A DNA stretch of 64,000 nt from Octopus vulgaris (GCA_951406725.2 OX597821.1:40734001-40798000); one strand, 5' to 3'; shown: positions 51,871 to 64,000, counted from the stretch's first letter. The notes: generated from the sequence alone by a model not told the origin. Made by a program: numbers and translations.

Positions 51871-54589
51871 CCTTGAACAGCATCTCCCAAGACTCAGTGG
51901 TTTCATTGTATGAAGATCAGCCAAATAAAAATAATCTAGCCATTATATATTGCCTCAGTAAGTCTCGTCCAACCCATACTAGCAAGGAAAAGCAAATTTA
52001 AAAACAACAATAATGATGACCTTTCCAGATTTTATTGTGACCTAATTTGGCCAGTGACCCAGACATGAATTACCGTTGATATAAAGGTCCCCTCTGATTA
52101 TTCTGGTGTGTGTCTTTGACAGATGAATTAGTTTATGTAGAGTTCAGTAAGCAACTGAGAAGCATAGGGAAATGTACTAGACCAGTTCTTGAACTCATAA
52201 CCCTTAGGATAAAGGTGTAAATACCTGAACCACTCATCCATTTTAAAGTTGCATTACATAAGTATACACATTATATTTCTATTTTCCTTCTGCTGAGGTA
52301 GGATCAAAGAAAATGCTTTGATCATCGCAAGAACTGAGCAAGATGGCGCTATAGCTGATATGGTGCAAACTATCAAGTCTGGCATTTCACCAAAGTTCTT
52401 TGCGGAACAGAAGTAATAATATTAATAATAAAAATAATGATGGTGATGGTGGTGGTGATGCTGTTGATGAGGATGATGGTGGAGTTGGTGGTGGTGATTA
52501 CGATGACGATGATGATGACGATGATTTTGATGATTTTACTGATAACGATAATGATGCTACTGCAAAGTTCCAAGAATAATGCTGTAAGAATATACTAAAA
52601 GTTTCCTCAAGATAATTAATAGAATTATTCTGAGATAAATTACGTGGCATTCTATTTAGGTGAAGCAAGAACTGTGAAGAACGTTGGTGAAGCAGAAAGG
52701 CTTTCGAGGAAGATTAGTCAGGACTAGCTATGAATTGGCTCGTTGGCAGTGAACATTTTCCACTTGGATGTGAGCAAGAATCAAACTGGCTGACATAAAC
52801 GCAATGGTAGGCATCTATTATATCAGATGTGTCATGTCATAAGATAAGAACACAATTATATATTGATTAAAGTTTGAGATAGTGGTGCGGAGAGAAATGT
52901 GTATGTATCAACGATGTTTGTTCCATGTTATTGTAGGAGATACAGAATATGGTATGGTATTTTGGCTGAGAACTGGAGAACAAGAATTCACTGATGACTG
53001 ATAACGTTTATAAAGGTGTATGAGTGATAACTTTTAATACAACATCTGTCAAAAACTGGTAAAGTATGTCAGCAGAGACAAGGTTGGTGGGGAAGGATGA
53101 AAACAGGGCGGTGGGGTGGGGGGCTGCCATGTTGAGTGTATTTTAGAATGTGACAAAGAAATGTACCAGTTCATTCCATCAGCATCTACAATCATTATCA
53201 TCATTGCCATCAACATCAACAGTACCACCATCATTATCATCGTCGTCGTCGTCGTCGTTGTCATCGTCATCAACATCATCATCATCATTGTCATCATCAT
53301 TACCACCATTATCATCATCTCCATAATAGTTTTAACATCCACTTTACTGCACTTGCATGGGGGAGAGAATTCATTGGGGTAAATTTTCTACAGCTGGACG
53401 CCCTTGCTGTCACTAACCCTTGCTTGCTTCCAAGCAAGGTGATATTTCCCCATCACCAGACTTGCTTTCACAGAAGATTGGAAATGAACAACATTGTTTG
53501 TACAATGATGACATTCGTTTACAACTGCCACACGATGTCAAGAGGGGCAGGCACAATTGCACATGCATACACATACACACATACATGCACACATAAATAC
53601 ATACATGTACAATAGGCTTCTTTCAGTTTCTTCCAAATCCACTCACAATATGTTGATGGACTTGGGACTATAGCAGGAAGACACTTGGGCAAGATGCCAT
53701 GTGGTGGAACTGAACCCAAAACCATATAATACATTTGGAAAGTTTTAAAAGACAACAAATTTACTTATATTTTTTTTATTCACATGTCTATGTTTTAGCC
53801 TTTGTTTATTTGATTTTAAAATTTCTTTTTTAAGCTTATTTCTTTATATCTGAACTTCATTTGAATATATAAAATTTAATTAGTGTAAAATATTACTTAT
53901 GTGATAGGGCCCGGGAAAGGCACCATAAGCTCTTTTAAGAATCAACAAATGTTAGTTTGTCCCCTCACATTTTTAAAGCAAAAGAGGCCCCTGTATGGCT
54001 GAATGCCCTTCTTAATGCCAACCACTTAACAGAGGGTGCTGGGTATTTTTATGTGCTACCAACACGGATATGTTAATGCAACTCTGGCACAAGTGCTTTT
54101 TAAGTGGCACCCACACCTGAAGGGACAAGCGTGTATGTATGGAGGACAGTGAATTTACTTAGCACCTATCTAAATGTGTGGCATATAGTCTAATAATCAG
54201 CTTTCTTAATTATATTTCAATATTTCTATTGATAAAAGGAGATGGTGAGCTGGCAGAGTTGTCATTGCCCTAGGAAAATTGCCTCGTGGCATATTTTCTG
54301 ACTTTTTGTTGTAAGCTCAAATGTTAACAATTACTCAGGAATGAAGTTTGCTTTGAGGGTGCAAACCCAGACCTCAAAATGTTTTACAAATAAGGTCATG
54401 CTTTTTTTTTTATTTATTCGTTGTTTGTTCTTTGAGAAGAAACCTAATTCAAGGTATTTTCTACAGATCACTTTTTACTCACTGTTTTCTAAACGCGAGA
54501 AAAGTAAGTAGGGGTGCAAATTTTGATTTTGCACTCCGCAAAAATTTTAGGGGATGCACCCCCCCCTGCACCCCTGTTTCCAGGCCTGT

Positions 54590-54930
54590 GAATTCCACCA
54601 AAGTCGATTTTGACTTTCATCCTTTCAGGGTTGATAAATTAAGTACCAGTTACGCACTGGGGTCGATATAATCGACTTAATCCGTCTGTCTGTCCTTGTT
54701 TGTCCTCTCTGTGTTTAGCCCCTTGTGGGTAGTAAAGAAATAGGTATTTTGTTTGCCGTTACATTCTGAGTTCAAATTCTGCCGAGGTTGACTTTGCCTT
54801 TCATCTTTTTGGGGTCAATTAAATAAGTACCAGTTACACACTGGGGTCGATGTAATCAACTTCATCCATTTGTCTGTCCTTATTTGTGCCCTCTATGTTT
54901 AGCCCCATGGGCAATAAAAAAATAAAGAAA
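54590..54930 (+). mobile_element. SINE family A tandem units (184-bp period)
   Basis: Junction AAAGAAATA-G-GTATTT as in 14173-14624. Confidence 0.85.
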
Positions 54931-55413
54931 TAAATACATACATGTGTGTGTGTGGAAAGCGGTTATTAAAACAGGAAGTTGTACAGATCTTTTTGGTATT
55001 ATTTGTTCCCCATTGCACATATTTCATTTACTAATATGAATTACAAAATTGTACGATTCAGATAAGCACGTAAGGAAGCAGAAAAGTTATTTGTTAAATG
55101 TTTTAGCCACGTTTGACAGCATCTCTCTTCAGCATGTTTTATTTGATTTGCTTCAATTGACAGAGCTGTTCAAAATATGTACCAAAGTGCCAAGGAAATT
55201 CATCTGCAAAGACTTCTTATCTCATGGGAGATCGATGTTTTATCAACTGAATACTACAAAGTGTGGAATTAAGGATTAGCCTTGTGGGCCTCTAATCTTG
55301 AAAGGATTAACTTTGTAATATGTGTGTACTTAGGCATGTGTATCAGGGCTGTCATTTCACACTGGGCAAAACAGCATCAGATGTTTTACTAACTACCACT
55401 ACTGCTACTGCTG

Positions 55414-55444
<31 letters not shown>

Positions 55445-56474
55445 AGAAGGTAGGGGATTGACATAGCTATTAGAGCATTAGTCAAAATGTTACATTGCCA
55501 TATTTACACTCAGCTGCATTACTTTTGGACTCCAAATTTAGCAAAGATCAACTTTGCCTCCACATCTGTACTTGTGCCTGCGTTAAAAATGATAATTATT
55601 TGTATTTTGCGTGTAGGTCAGATATTTTCATTACATCTTAAATGGCATAAATAGCAAGAACTTTGGAAATATAGAATTGTTGTTTGTGAAACTAGAATAA
55701 AGTTTGTAAGATCAGACATAATATTAGCTCAATTCACAGAAAATTAAACGACGAGAACACTTGCACTGTGATTTCTATCTAATTTAATAAGAAGAATAAT
55801 TAAAACACAAATGCTCAGAGTATACTTGGTGATTAAAGCCAACTAATTCAAGATGCTTGTATACTTGTTGAAAATTTTTAATGATGATAATAGTGACATG
55901 TGATGAGGAATTTACCAATGCTTTTACATTCCTCTAAGTAATTAGCATTTAAGATTTAAGACTGAGATGGGGAAAACATCTAAAGTAATTATCCTTTGTC
56001 AGGTCTACTTAAGTAGTCTAGTCACATATAAGTGAAACAGTGGATTAAATGGGTCAAAGCAATACATACGGCTGTAGCAAGTTGAAGATGTTTCAAATGT
56101 CAGTTCAAACTTTGTTTAATATATATTTTGTTCTATTGTCTGTCTTCTCTTAATAATGAAGGTGCAACCTTAACTCTTTAGCATTGAGATAATTCTGTCA
56201 AATCTAAGACTTATTGGTTTACCATTGCTTTCAATTGATCATTCATTATCTTGTAGCTTTGAGATTTTGATGGTGTGATTGTTTATATTTAGAATTACAT
56301 TGTAGGGTAGGTGTGAGAGGCTGAATCTGGCCAGTTTGAACATAAAACAGGAAGAATATTTGGGCCTAATACAGAACGTAACAGCAGACAAAATGCCACT
56401 AAGCATTTAGGTTGGGCATGCTAATGATTCTGCCAGTTCGCCACCTTAATGATGATGATGATGATGATACTAAT

Positions 56475-56564
<90 letters not shown>

Positions 56565-56747
56565 TATTACTACCCATGTATTTTAATCTGACTTTAAAAA
56601 AAATGAACGAACTAGTGAGTTTAGTTTAATGGCCTACCAATGTATACTATGAGTTTCTTTGCCCTAGGAGTCGGGAAGACACTCGGCAAGAAATGGAAGC
56701 AAATTTGAAAGAAGAAAAAAAGGAAGAAAAATAATAATAATAATAAT

Positions 56748-57305
56748 AAATGCCCTGATGCAGTACCAGGCAGTGGCTCTCATGGCTTCTGATCTTAACT
56801 GATTGGAAATGTTATCATGTACATTGTTTTGTCTTGGTATAAAAGATGGGCTACAGCAAATATTCTGCTCAACACCACAGATTTGCTTGTCGGTTGTTTG
56901 ACCATAACCAGTTGACCATGTCCCTTAGTGGCAGATGATATGTGCATCTCTGATCACAAGCAGAAGTAGTGGGGGAGCATCATAGTTGTATGTTGAGAGG
57001 AATTCTTTGGGGTTTGAATAATTCACCTCTGGAAATATGGGTATTTTGTTCAACATCCTTAAACAACCCTTATTCAGGGACCTTTTGAATGGAATGGGTT
57101 ACTCGGCCAGAAGAAAATTCTAACTGGGCCCCACCTGCAAGGTCATGTACTGTTTATCTTGATATGAGATCACCATGTCGCGCACATATGATTGTGATGC
57201 ATGTGCCTAGTGTACCCTTATCAGACGGGTAGTCATGATGGGTATACTGGGCTTCGTATATTTTATCCCAGTGTCACTTTGATGGCATGCACTGTTCACT
57301 CACTC

Positions 57306-57307
<2 letters not shown>
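56748..57307. mobile_element. Unclassified (AAT)n-flanked element, longer copy
   Basis: 3' part matches 20700-21080; (AAT)n on both sides. Confidence 0.78.
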
Positions 57308-57345
<38 letters not shown>

Positions 57346-57346
<1 letters not shown>

Positions 57347-57922
57347 GGAATATAAGTGACTCAATGACAATATAGTCTGGCTTGTCCATTGGACACTTTG
57401 CAACAAGTATAGACTTGACAGAGCTAAAAAGTGGTATGACCACAAATTTGAAGGCATCGTCGAAAATAGAGATGCAAAGATCCTATGGGATTTTATGATT
57501 CAGTGTGACCATGAGATAGAGAATAGGAAGCTGGACATAGTCTTAATTGAGAAAGAAAGCAATCTATGCTGGATCATAGACATAGCATGCCCAGCTAACA
57601 ACAAGGTATGTGATAATGAAGAAAGAAAAGTTGAGAGATATGACAGGTTAGCTTGGGAAGTTAAGCAGTTGGGATCATTGAAAAAGGTAGCAGTAGTACC
57701 AATAATTGTCAGAGCCTTGGGAACAGTGAGCAAAAATCTTGAGAAGTACATGGAACAAATAGGGACTGCAATAAGGGTGGAGCACTTGCAGGAAACAACA
57801 CTGCTTGGAACCGCGCAAATACTCCAGAAGCTGCTCATAAAATAAGAAGTGTTACCTTAGTTCACTGGTAGTGAACAGCTGACACTGTAGTACATCTCCA
57901 ATGTTAGAAGCTGTGCAAAGGC

Positions 57923-57925
<3 letters not shown>
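57346..57925 (+). mobile_element. R4/Dong-like LINE 3' end within (AAT)n
   Basis: ORF 57495-57845: DHEIENRKLDIVLI..IIDIACP..KVERYDRL..VPIIVRALGTV..LLGTAQIL; AAT arrays on both sides; a more diverged RLE tail follows at ~57975-58200. Confidence 0.9.
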
Positions 57926-57976
<51 letters not shown>

Positions 57977-58752
57977 GCAAAGATACAGACAACTGGTTGA
58001 AGGAGATTGAAATAGAATGCCCCATTAGAGCTCCTACAGAAAATTTATCTCTTAAAGATAGCCAGGATTATCATGAGAGTTGTAAGAACTTGAAAGACAG
58101 CTGGAAACTTGTGGACACCTAAGGTTATAGGTAGCAACCTGTTATCTACATAATCCCTACCAGGAATAAGACCGAACCTGAGAGAAACCAAGATGATAAA
58201 GAAATAAAAATAAAACAAATTCAAGCATATCTACTACTATAATAGAAAGATTGTGTGATTCTGTCAAGATCTAAATTGATATTCCATTTCTGAAATGGAA
58301 TGAGAATATCAATATTACTTCCTAAATTCATTATATGCTTCTATGACATTATTTACATCAGAAAATTATAATTTCCTAGCCTAACTCTTACACCACACTA
58401 CTGTTTACATCACTAACTGCTTCGTACTATACTAGATTCATAACTATATTGTGTTAGTTTTTGTAGTTTGTACTATCAAGGAAGATATAAAGCAGGGGGG
58501 CACCAGTTTCCATCTTATTTGTCATTTTAAATGCTTTGTCTTTAAAAGATATTTCATGCGTTACAGATCGCTAGCCACTACACATTCTTTATTTTCTCTC
58601 CTTGTTTCTTTCTGTGTTCCTTTCTGTGGAAGAGCATAGGCCTTAAACGTTAAAGACTTTTTCACTTCCCAAGCACTATACTAATACATCTGTTTGTTAT
58701 CTACACCAACTGTCTTCGTCTTTTGTTTTTCTTTTGTGAATTATCCCCCCAC

Positions 58753-58787
<35 letters not shown>

Positions 58788-58864
58788 TTACTCGGAAGAG
58801 GATGCATAGTGTTCAGTCATATAATAATATAAATAATATATATACATATATATATATATATAAA

Positions 58865-59165
58865 TATCACCGTGATCACCGTGACCTACCAGGCTATCAG
58901 ATGTTGTTACACATTGCTGGTCACAATGCGCTTCGCATTGTTTTTAGCTTTCAAATAACACCACCCTGCTGGCTAAGTGAGCAGGCAAACAGAAGAAAGA
59001 GTGAGAGAAAGCTGTGGCGAAAAAGTACAGCAGGGATCGCCACCATCCTCTGCCAGAGCCACGTGGAGCTTTAGGTGTTTTCGCATAATAAACACTCACA
59101 ACACACGGTCTGGGAATCAAAACCGCGAGTCCGCTGCTCTAACCACTGGGCCATTGCACCTCCAC
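58865..59165 (-). mobile_element. SINE family D
   Basis: Collinear with the 27786 and 37184 copies. Confidence 0.88.
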
Positions 59166-59170
59166 ATACT

Positions 59171-59209
<39 letters not shown>

Positions 59210-59210
<1 letters not shown>

Positions 59211-59436
59211 CGCCATGTTGATTCGTTAGCTACTGCACGCATTTTTTTTCTCTCCTTTTTTTTCTCTCCTTCTTTCTGTGTTTTTCTCTCTCTGTGTATC
59301 TTTCTGTTGAAGAGCGTAGGCTCGAAACGTTAAAGACTTGTTTTATTTATATTTCCTGAGCGCCATACTAATACAATTGTTCGTTTGTTTTCCACCTGCC
59401 TTCGTCTTTTGTTTATTTTCATAAAGCTTCCCGTTA
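59210..59436 (+). mobile_element. Penelope-like pLTR repeat with minimal hammerhead-like fold, inserted in (TA)n
   Basis: TCTTT-CTGTTGA-A-GAGC-GTAG-GCTC-GAAACGTT-AAAGA at 59299-59336. Confidence 0.7.
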
Positions 59437-59443
59437 TATATAT

Positions 59444-59507
<64 letters not shown>

Positions 59508-59534
59508 CATATATATATATATATACATATATAT

Positions 59535-59576
<42 letters not shown>

Positions 59577-60152
59577 GTGCGTGCATGTGCACACACATAC
59601 ACACACACAGAGTAACCATTTTCAGGATCTGATAGAACCAAAGCATTTTAATAACAAAGGCACCATAGTAGAGCTGAGTACAGCACACCTATGTATTATT
59701 ATCAGGTATGCCTTCTCTCTCTCTCTCTCTCTCTTTCTATAATTTATATATATATTTATATGTTTGTGTGTGTATATGTATATACACACACCCATATATA
59801 TATGGCAAAGAATCTAGTCTATGAATTATTTCTATGTCAAAAGAAAACAAGGATATTTTGTAAATGGAAAACTAATAAACTTTTTAAAAAATGTTTTTAA
59901 AAATAACACCAAACTTGTTTTTTGTGTGTTTTTGTAGTTCAATATATTAAGAATGATTTATACCCAGAAATGTGAAAAAAATATAAGCAATATTATTGTG
60001 AATCAATTTTGGTAAATAGAAAGAATTATCAAAGCTTTACGATTAGGTTCTAAAGAAAACCCCAATTTAGATTTTCTTTATATTTTGACAATTTTTTTTT
60101 CCTCAAATTAGAAGATATATAAAAGAACTGTTAAAATGTTATGTTATTCCAG

Positions 60153-60291
60153 TATCATTTTCTTAGTAATGCCAGACTCTTTCATCAAGATAGAAGAAAA
60201 GGCAGAGAGTTAAAAAATGTTTGTTATAGAGGAGCAGATGTAGTTAAGTGGTCTCTTGTACATTTTATTCCTTCTAATTCCATAAGACATT
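60153..60291 (+). CDS. Internal coding exon of a DEP-domain protein
   Basis: ttattccAG| acceptor and |GTAAGT donor; 139 nt open in phase 0: YHFLSNARLFHQDRRKGRELKNVCYRGADVVKWSLVHFIPSNSIRH. DRR-x8-C-Y-x-G-x-D-V-V-x-W aligns without gaps to the recalled DEP consensus DRR-x8-C-F-x-G-x-E-L-V-x-W. An alternative in-frame acceptor would start the exon at 60167. Confidence 0.72.
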
Positions 60292-60884
60292 GTAAGTAAT
60301 AAATAACATAAAAACAATATTCTTAAACTATGTTATTTAATGACCTACTAAAAGATATTTTGTATTGAAAAATATTTGTAAGTAGCTCTGAGATGAAGAA
60401 AAGGTATATTGCAAAGAATTTTCTTTGATTATGATATGCTAATAGCACATAAATAAAGTGATCGTTTTCCCCCTTGCAGCAAACATGCTCTTATCAATTT
60501 TCTCTCTGTTACACTTTACCATATATTAATACATATTGGAAAAATATGTTTTGCTTCCGTTAACCAATTTCAAAGACTATTATTGTTTAGCACCATGTGA
60601 GATCTGGTTAACCCTTTGATACAAACCTCATGTGGCTGCTCTGGGTCCATAATGAGAGAGCACCCCATTTCAAGTGTTTAGAGTTCAATTAAGACCTCAT
60701 CATAATTTTATAGGAGATGCAAACATAGCTGAGTAGTTAAGAAGTTAGCTTTCCAGCCACATGGTCCCTGGTTCAATCTTACTGTGAAGCATTTGGGGCA
60801 AATGTCTTTTGCTATAGCATTGTACTCTTACTCACTTGTATGGCAGAGACACTCACTTTCAACCATCAACTTATGTCAAGACAC

Positions 60885-60886
60885 GT

Positions 60887-60921
<35 letters not shown>

Positions 60922-61420
60922 CACATACACTCACGTGCATGCACATTCACACACTCACACACACATATGCAGACACGTGCATGTGCACATTCACACAGTC
61001 ACACACAAACAGACACACACACAAGCATGCACACACACACTGCACACATACACACATGCGCACACATGCATGAACACATACACATATGCACAGCAACACA
61101 CACATGCTCACACACACACACATGCACATACACACATGTACATGCACATTCACACACAGACACACACACATACACATATGCACACACATGCATGTGCACA
61201 TTCACACATTCACACACACATGCATGCACACACTGCACACATACACACACATACATGCATACACACACTACACACATGCACACATGCATGCACACACATG
61301 CATGCTCACACACACTGCACACATTTACATATGCACACATACACACACACACATGCATGCACACACACACACTGCATACATAAACACATGAACACACACA
61401 CACACACACATGCACATGCT
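60885..61420. repeat. Degenerate (CA)n/CATG-rich low-complexity tract
   Basis: Direct inspection; the H/T-rich ORFs are artefacts. Confidence 0.95.
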
Positions 61421-61496
61421 CTTAGGCTTCTTTTAGTTTAGATCTACAAATCCATGCATACATACATATGTATGCATGGAGCTACATATGTATGTA

Positions 61497-62457
61497 TGTA
61501 AGGAGCTAGAGACTGAAGATGGCAACGTATCACTAGTATCAAGGCATAAAAAACATTCTAAATACTCTGAAATCATCAGAACACCTGAATTTATCCAGCA
61601 AGTTCAATAGACCATTGATTACAATCCCAGATCGTCCATGAGGTCAATTGCCAAAGATCTCCATGTATCAGAAGGAACAACCAGAAATGTTGTCCATGAA
61701 GACATTAGATATAAGTCTTAAAAGAAAATTAGATCTAAAAGGCTCTTAAACAAACTGAAAAATCCAGCAGAAGAATTGATTTGGTTTTTCTCAAACAAGA
61801 AAAACTTCAATCAAAATGTTAACAGAAGAAATGACGGATGGATATATGCAGACCCTTCTGAAGTTCCAAGTGTAATGCATACAAAATTTCCTACAGCTAC
61901 CATGGTTTTAGGTGTTGTCAGCAATGAAGGACATGTGATGCCTTCTTACTTCTTTCCACATGGCCTTAGAGTTAACTCTACCACCTACATTGAGGTCCTG
62001 GAAATAATTGTTAAGCATTGGTTAGATAGTGTATGCAATGGAAGGTCATATGCATTTCATTAAGACTCTGCACTACCATACATGGCTCTAGAACCACAGG
62101 AATGGATGGCTGACAATTTTCATGATCACATAACCCCTAACATTTGACCTTCTAATTCCCTAGGTCACAATCCATTGGACTATTGCATGTGAAATACAAC
62201 CATAACACCAAAGATTCTTTGAAAACTGTCATAGTCAGAGTAATGTCCAAAATGAACCAGGAGCAATTGATTCTAGCATGTATATGATTTAGATCTCATA
62301 TAGAAGCAGTTGTTGAAGCTGAAGGTGGTTTTATTGAATAACATTATAGAAAAGAAGGCTTATTCCTATCTTCATAGCATCTTTTGATATCTGTTATTAT
62401 ATATCTGTTCTTTTTTTTATAAACATAAATCTGTCCTCGAATATCTTACGCACCCTG
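61497..62457 (+). mobile_element. DD37D (maT) Tc1/mariner transposon lacking its 5' end; pseudogenised
   Basis: KELETEDG..RSSMRSIAKDLHVS; WFFSNKK (first D lost); DSA..NPLDY with 37 residues between the second and third D; right TIR ..TTACGCACCCTG. Confidence 0.9.
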
Positions 62458-62459
62458 CC

Positions 62460-62492
<33 letters not shown>

Positions 62493-62525
62493 CTGTGTCT
62501 GTGTCTGTGTATATATATATACATA

Positions 62526-62559
<34 letters not shown>

Positions 62560-62574
62560 TATATACATATGAGG

Positions 62575-62775
62575 CAGCACAAAGTTTTGTCAGTGTACAG
62601 GTTGCGGCCTGAAAGTGACGAAAATATTTTGACAAATTAAATTTAAATGTTGAGTGAATCTAACGGTTTTTGTGTGTTTCTTAAATGGCTTATAAACACC
62701 TTCCACGCTGCAATTGTTTTCATTCCAGCACATGATCTCAGATCAAGTCACTCGCTATGCATGTACATCTACGTA
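62575..62775. mobile_element. Single-arm copy of the 23595 Penelope-like family
   Basis: Matches 23745-23876 directly and 23595-23741 in reverse. Confidence 0.8.
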
Positions 62776-63012
62776 ATACATACATGATGTTTTTCATGTC
62801 ATGTCTCTGAAGATGACTTGGTTAGTTGCTTTACATTCTGAGTTCAAATTCCACCAAGGTTGGCTTTGCTTTTCATCCTTGCAGAGTCAATAAATTTAAG
62901 TACCAGTGAAACACTGGGGTAGATGTAATCGACTAGTTCCCCTTCCTCCCAAATTTCAGGCCTTGTGCCTTTAGTAGAAAGGATTAATACATAATCAAGG
63001 GAGTATTTAATC

Positions 63013-63210
63013 CAGTGATTCTCAGCCTTTTTGATATTCAGGCCAGATAAAAAAAAAACTTGGTTTGTAGGGAGGGGGGGCACCAAAAAATAGTAAAACA
63101 AATCAAAATAGAAAACTTTATTATATTTATAGAGAGAAAACCGTCAAGGGCCACCAGAAGGATACTTGAGGGCCACATGAAGCCCTAAGTGCCATGGTTG
63201 AGAACCTCTG
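63013..63210. mobile_element. hAT-like MITE
   Basis: CAGTGATTCTCAGCC / GGTTGAGAACCTCTG ends; imperfect 8-bp TSD ATTTAATC / ATCTAAAT. Confidence 0.7.
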
Positions 63211-64000
63211 ATCTAAATAATTATTTGATAGGCATAAAATAGCAGCTGATTCTCCTTAGTACCATTCTCCCTTAATCTATTAAACAATGTCTTCCATTAT
63301 ACCTTTACAACTTAGAATGATCACAGATAGAACAAGCTTTGCTCATGGCTGTGCTTAACATGGGCTGAGCTAAACAAGTGTTGAGTAATTTTCCATTTGG
63401 AGGAATCGACAACAACCAATGCAGAAATATTACACATTCTCATTATGAATCTCATAATTATGAGTTCCAATAGCTTTGCATGAAACCTGTTTTATTCCTG
63501 ATGTGTGGGTGAACTGTCATATTCGCTGAATTATCATGTGGATGTATGTGTGTATCAGCAAACGTGTGTTTGTATTTGTGGCTATGTTTTTGTGATTATA
63601 TGTGAGTGCAGCGATCTACAATTATACATGCATGTGTATGTACATGTGTATCTGAATATGCACAGGTGTGTGTGTGTGTGTTTGTGTGTGTGTGCATACA
63701 TATAGCTTTAATACCACAGCTCAAGGGAAAATATTTCTTGCATGCTAAAAGATTGCAGAGAATTTCTACACTCGAATTATTTAATAATTACTCTCAGTGC
63801 CTTGATTACTTGGCTAATTAATTAGTCAATTAGTATCAGAAGAATGACTGAAGAGGCATATATGCAACTTAACTTGATATTAAATGGCCACACTTCACAA
63901 ACCACGAAAGAGAAGACACTTATTAAAAGTAGCAACATCAACAACAACAACAACAACCACAACTGCAACAACAACTAATACAAAAACGATTACTACTACT

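Noticed and set aside
55040-55310. ORF 55049-55279 and frame AVQNMYQSAKEIHLQ as a host exon
   Set aside because: ATFDSIS, RAVQNMY and KVWN*GL echo RTE RT motifs (KAFDRVP, RAVQAMY, VWKQGL); more likely an ancient LINE remnant, and the donor is weak.
60480-60530. Strong acceptor as the next DEP exon
   Set aside because: Phase-1 continuation gives SNMLLSIFSLLHFTIY*, not the expected DEP helix (R-x-x-A..LL..G); the next exon probably lies outside the window.

Overview
AT-rich, repeat-saturated animal genomic DNA that looks like a very large intron or gene-poor interval. The SINE, RTE and microsatellite repertoire resembles what I recall from octopus (coleoid cephalopod) genomes; this attribution is an inference. 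Almost all ORFs in the supplied track are microsatellite artefacts. The real coding signal is mostly decayed transposons: a hAT transposase, DD37D (maT) and other Tc1/mariner copies, RTE, CR1, Tx1/L1 and R4/Dong-like LINE pieces, and a Penelope-like RT remnant. One convincing host exon, missed by the ORF track, lies at 60153-60291 (+) and encodes the N-terminal part of a DEP domain. Notable structure includes a Tx1-like LINE apparently targeting (TATC)n with a very long target duplication, and Penelope-like repeats with minimal hammerhead-ribozyme topology. Also present are several fold-back insertions, SINE concatemers sharing one fixed junction, a local inverted duplication, and two complementary halves of a maT transposon 55 kb apart that overlap by 26 bp. 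No rRNA, functional tRNA or CRISPR array was found. Element boundaries were read by eye and are approximate unless a TSD, TIR or splice site is quoted.
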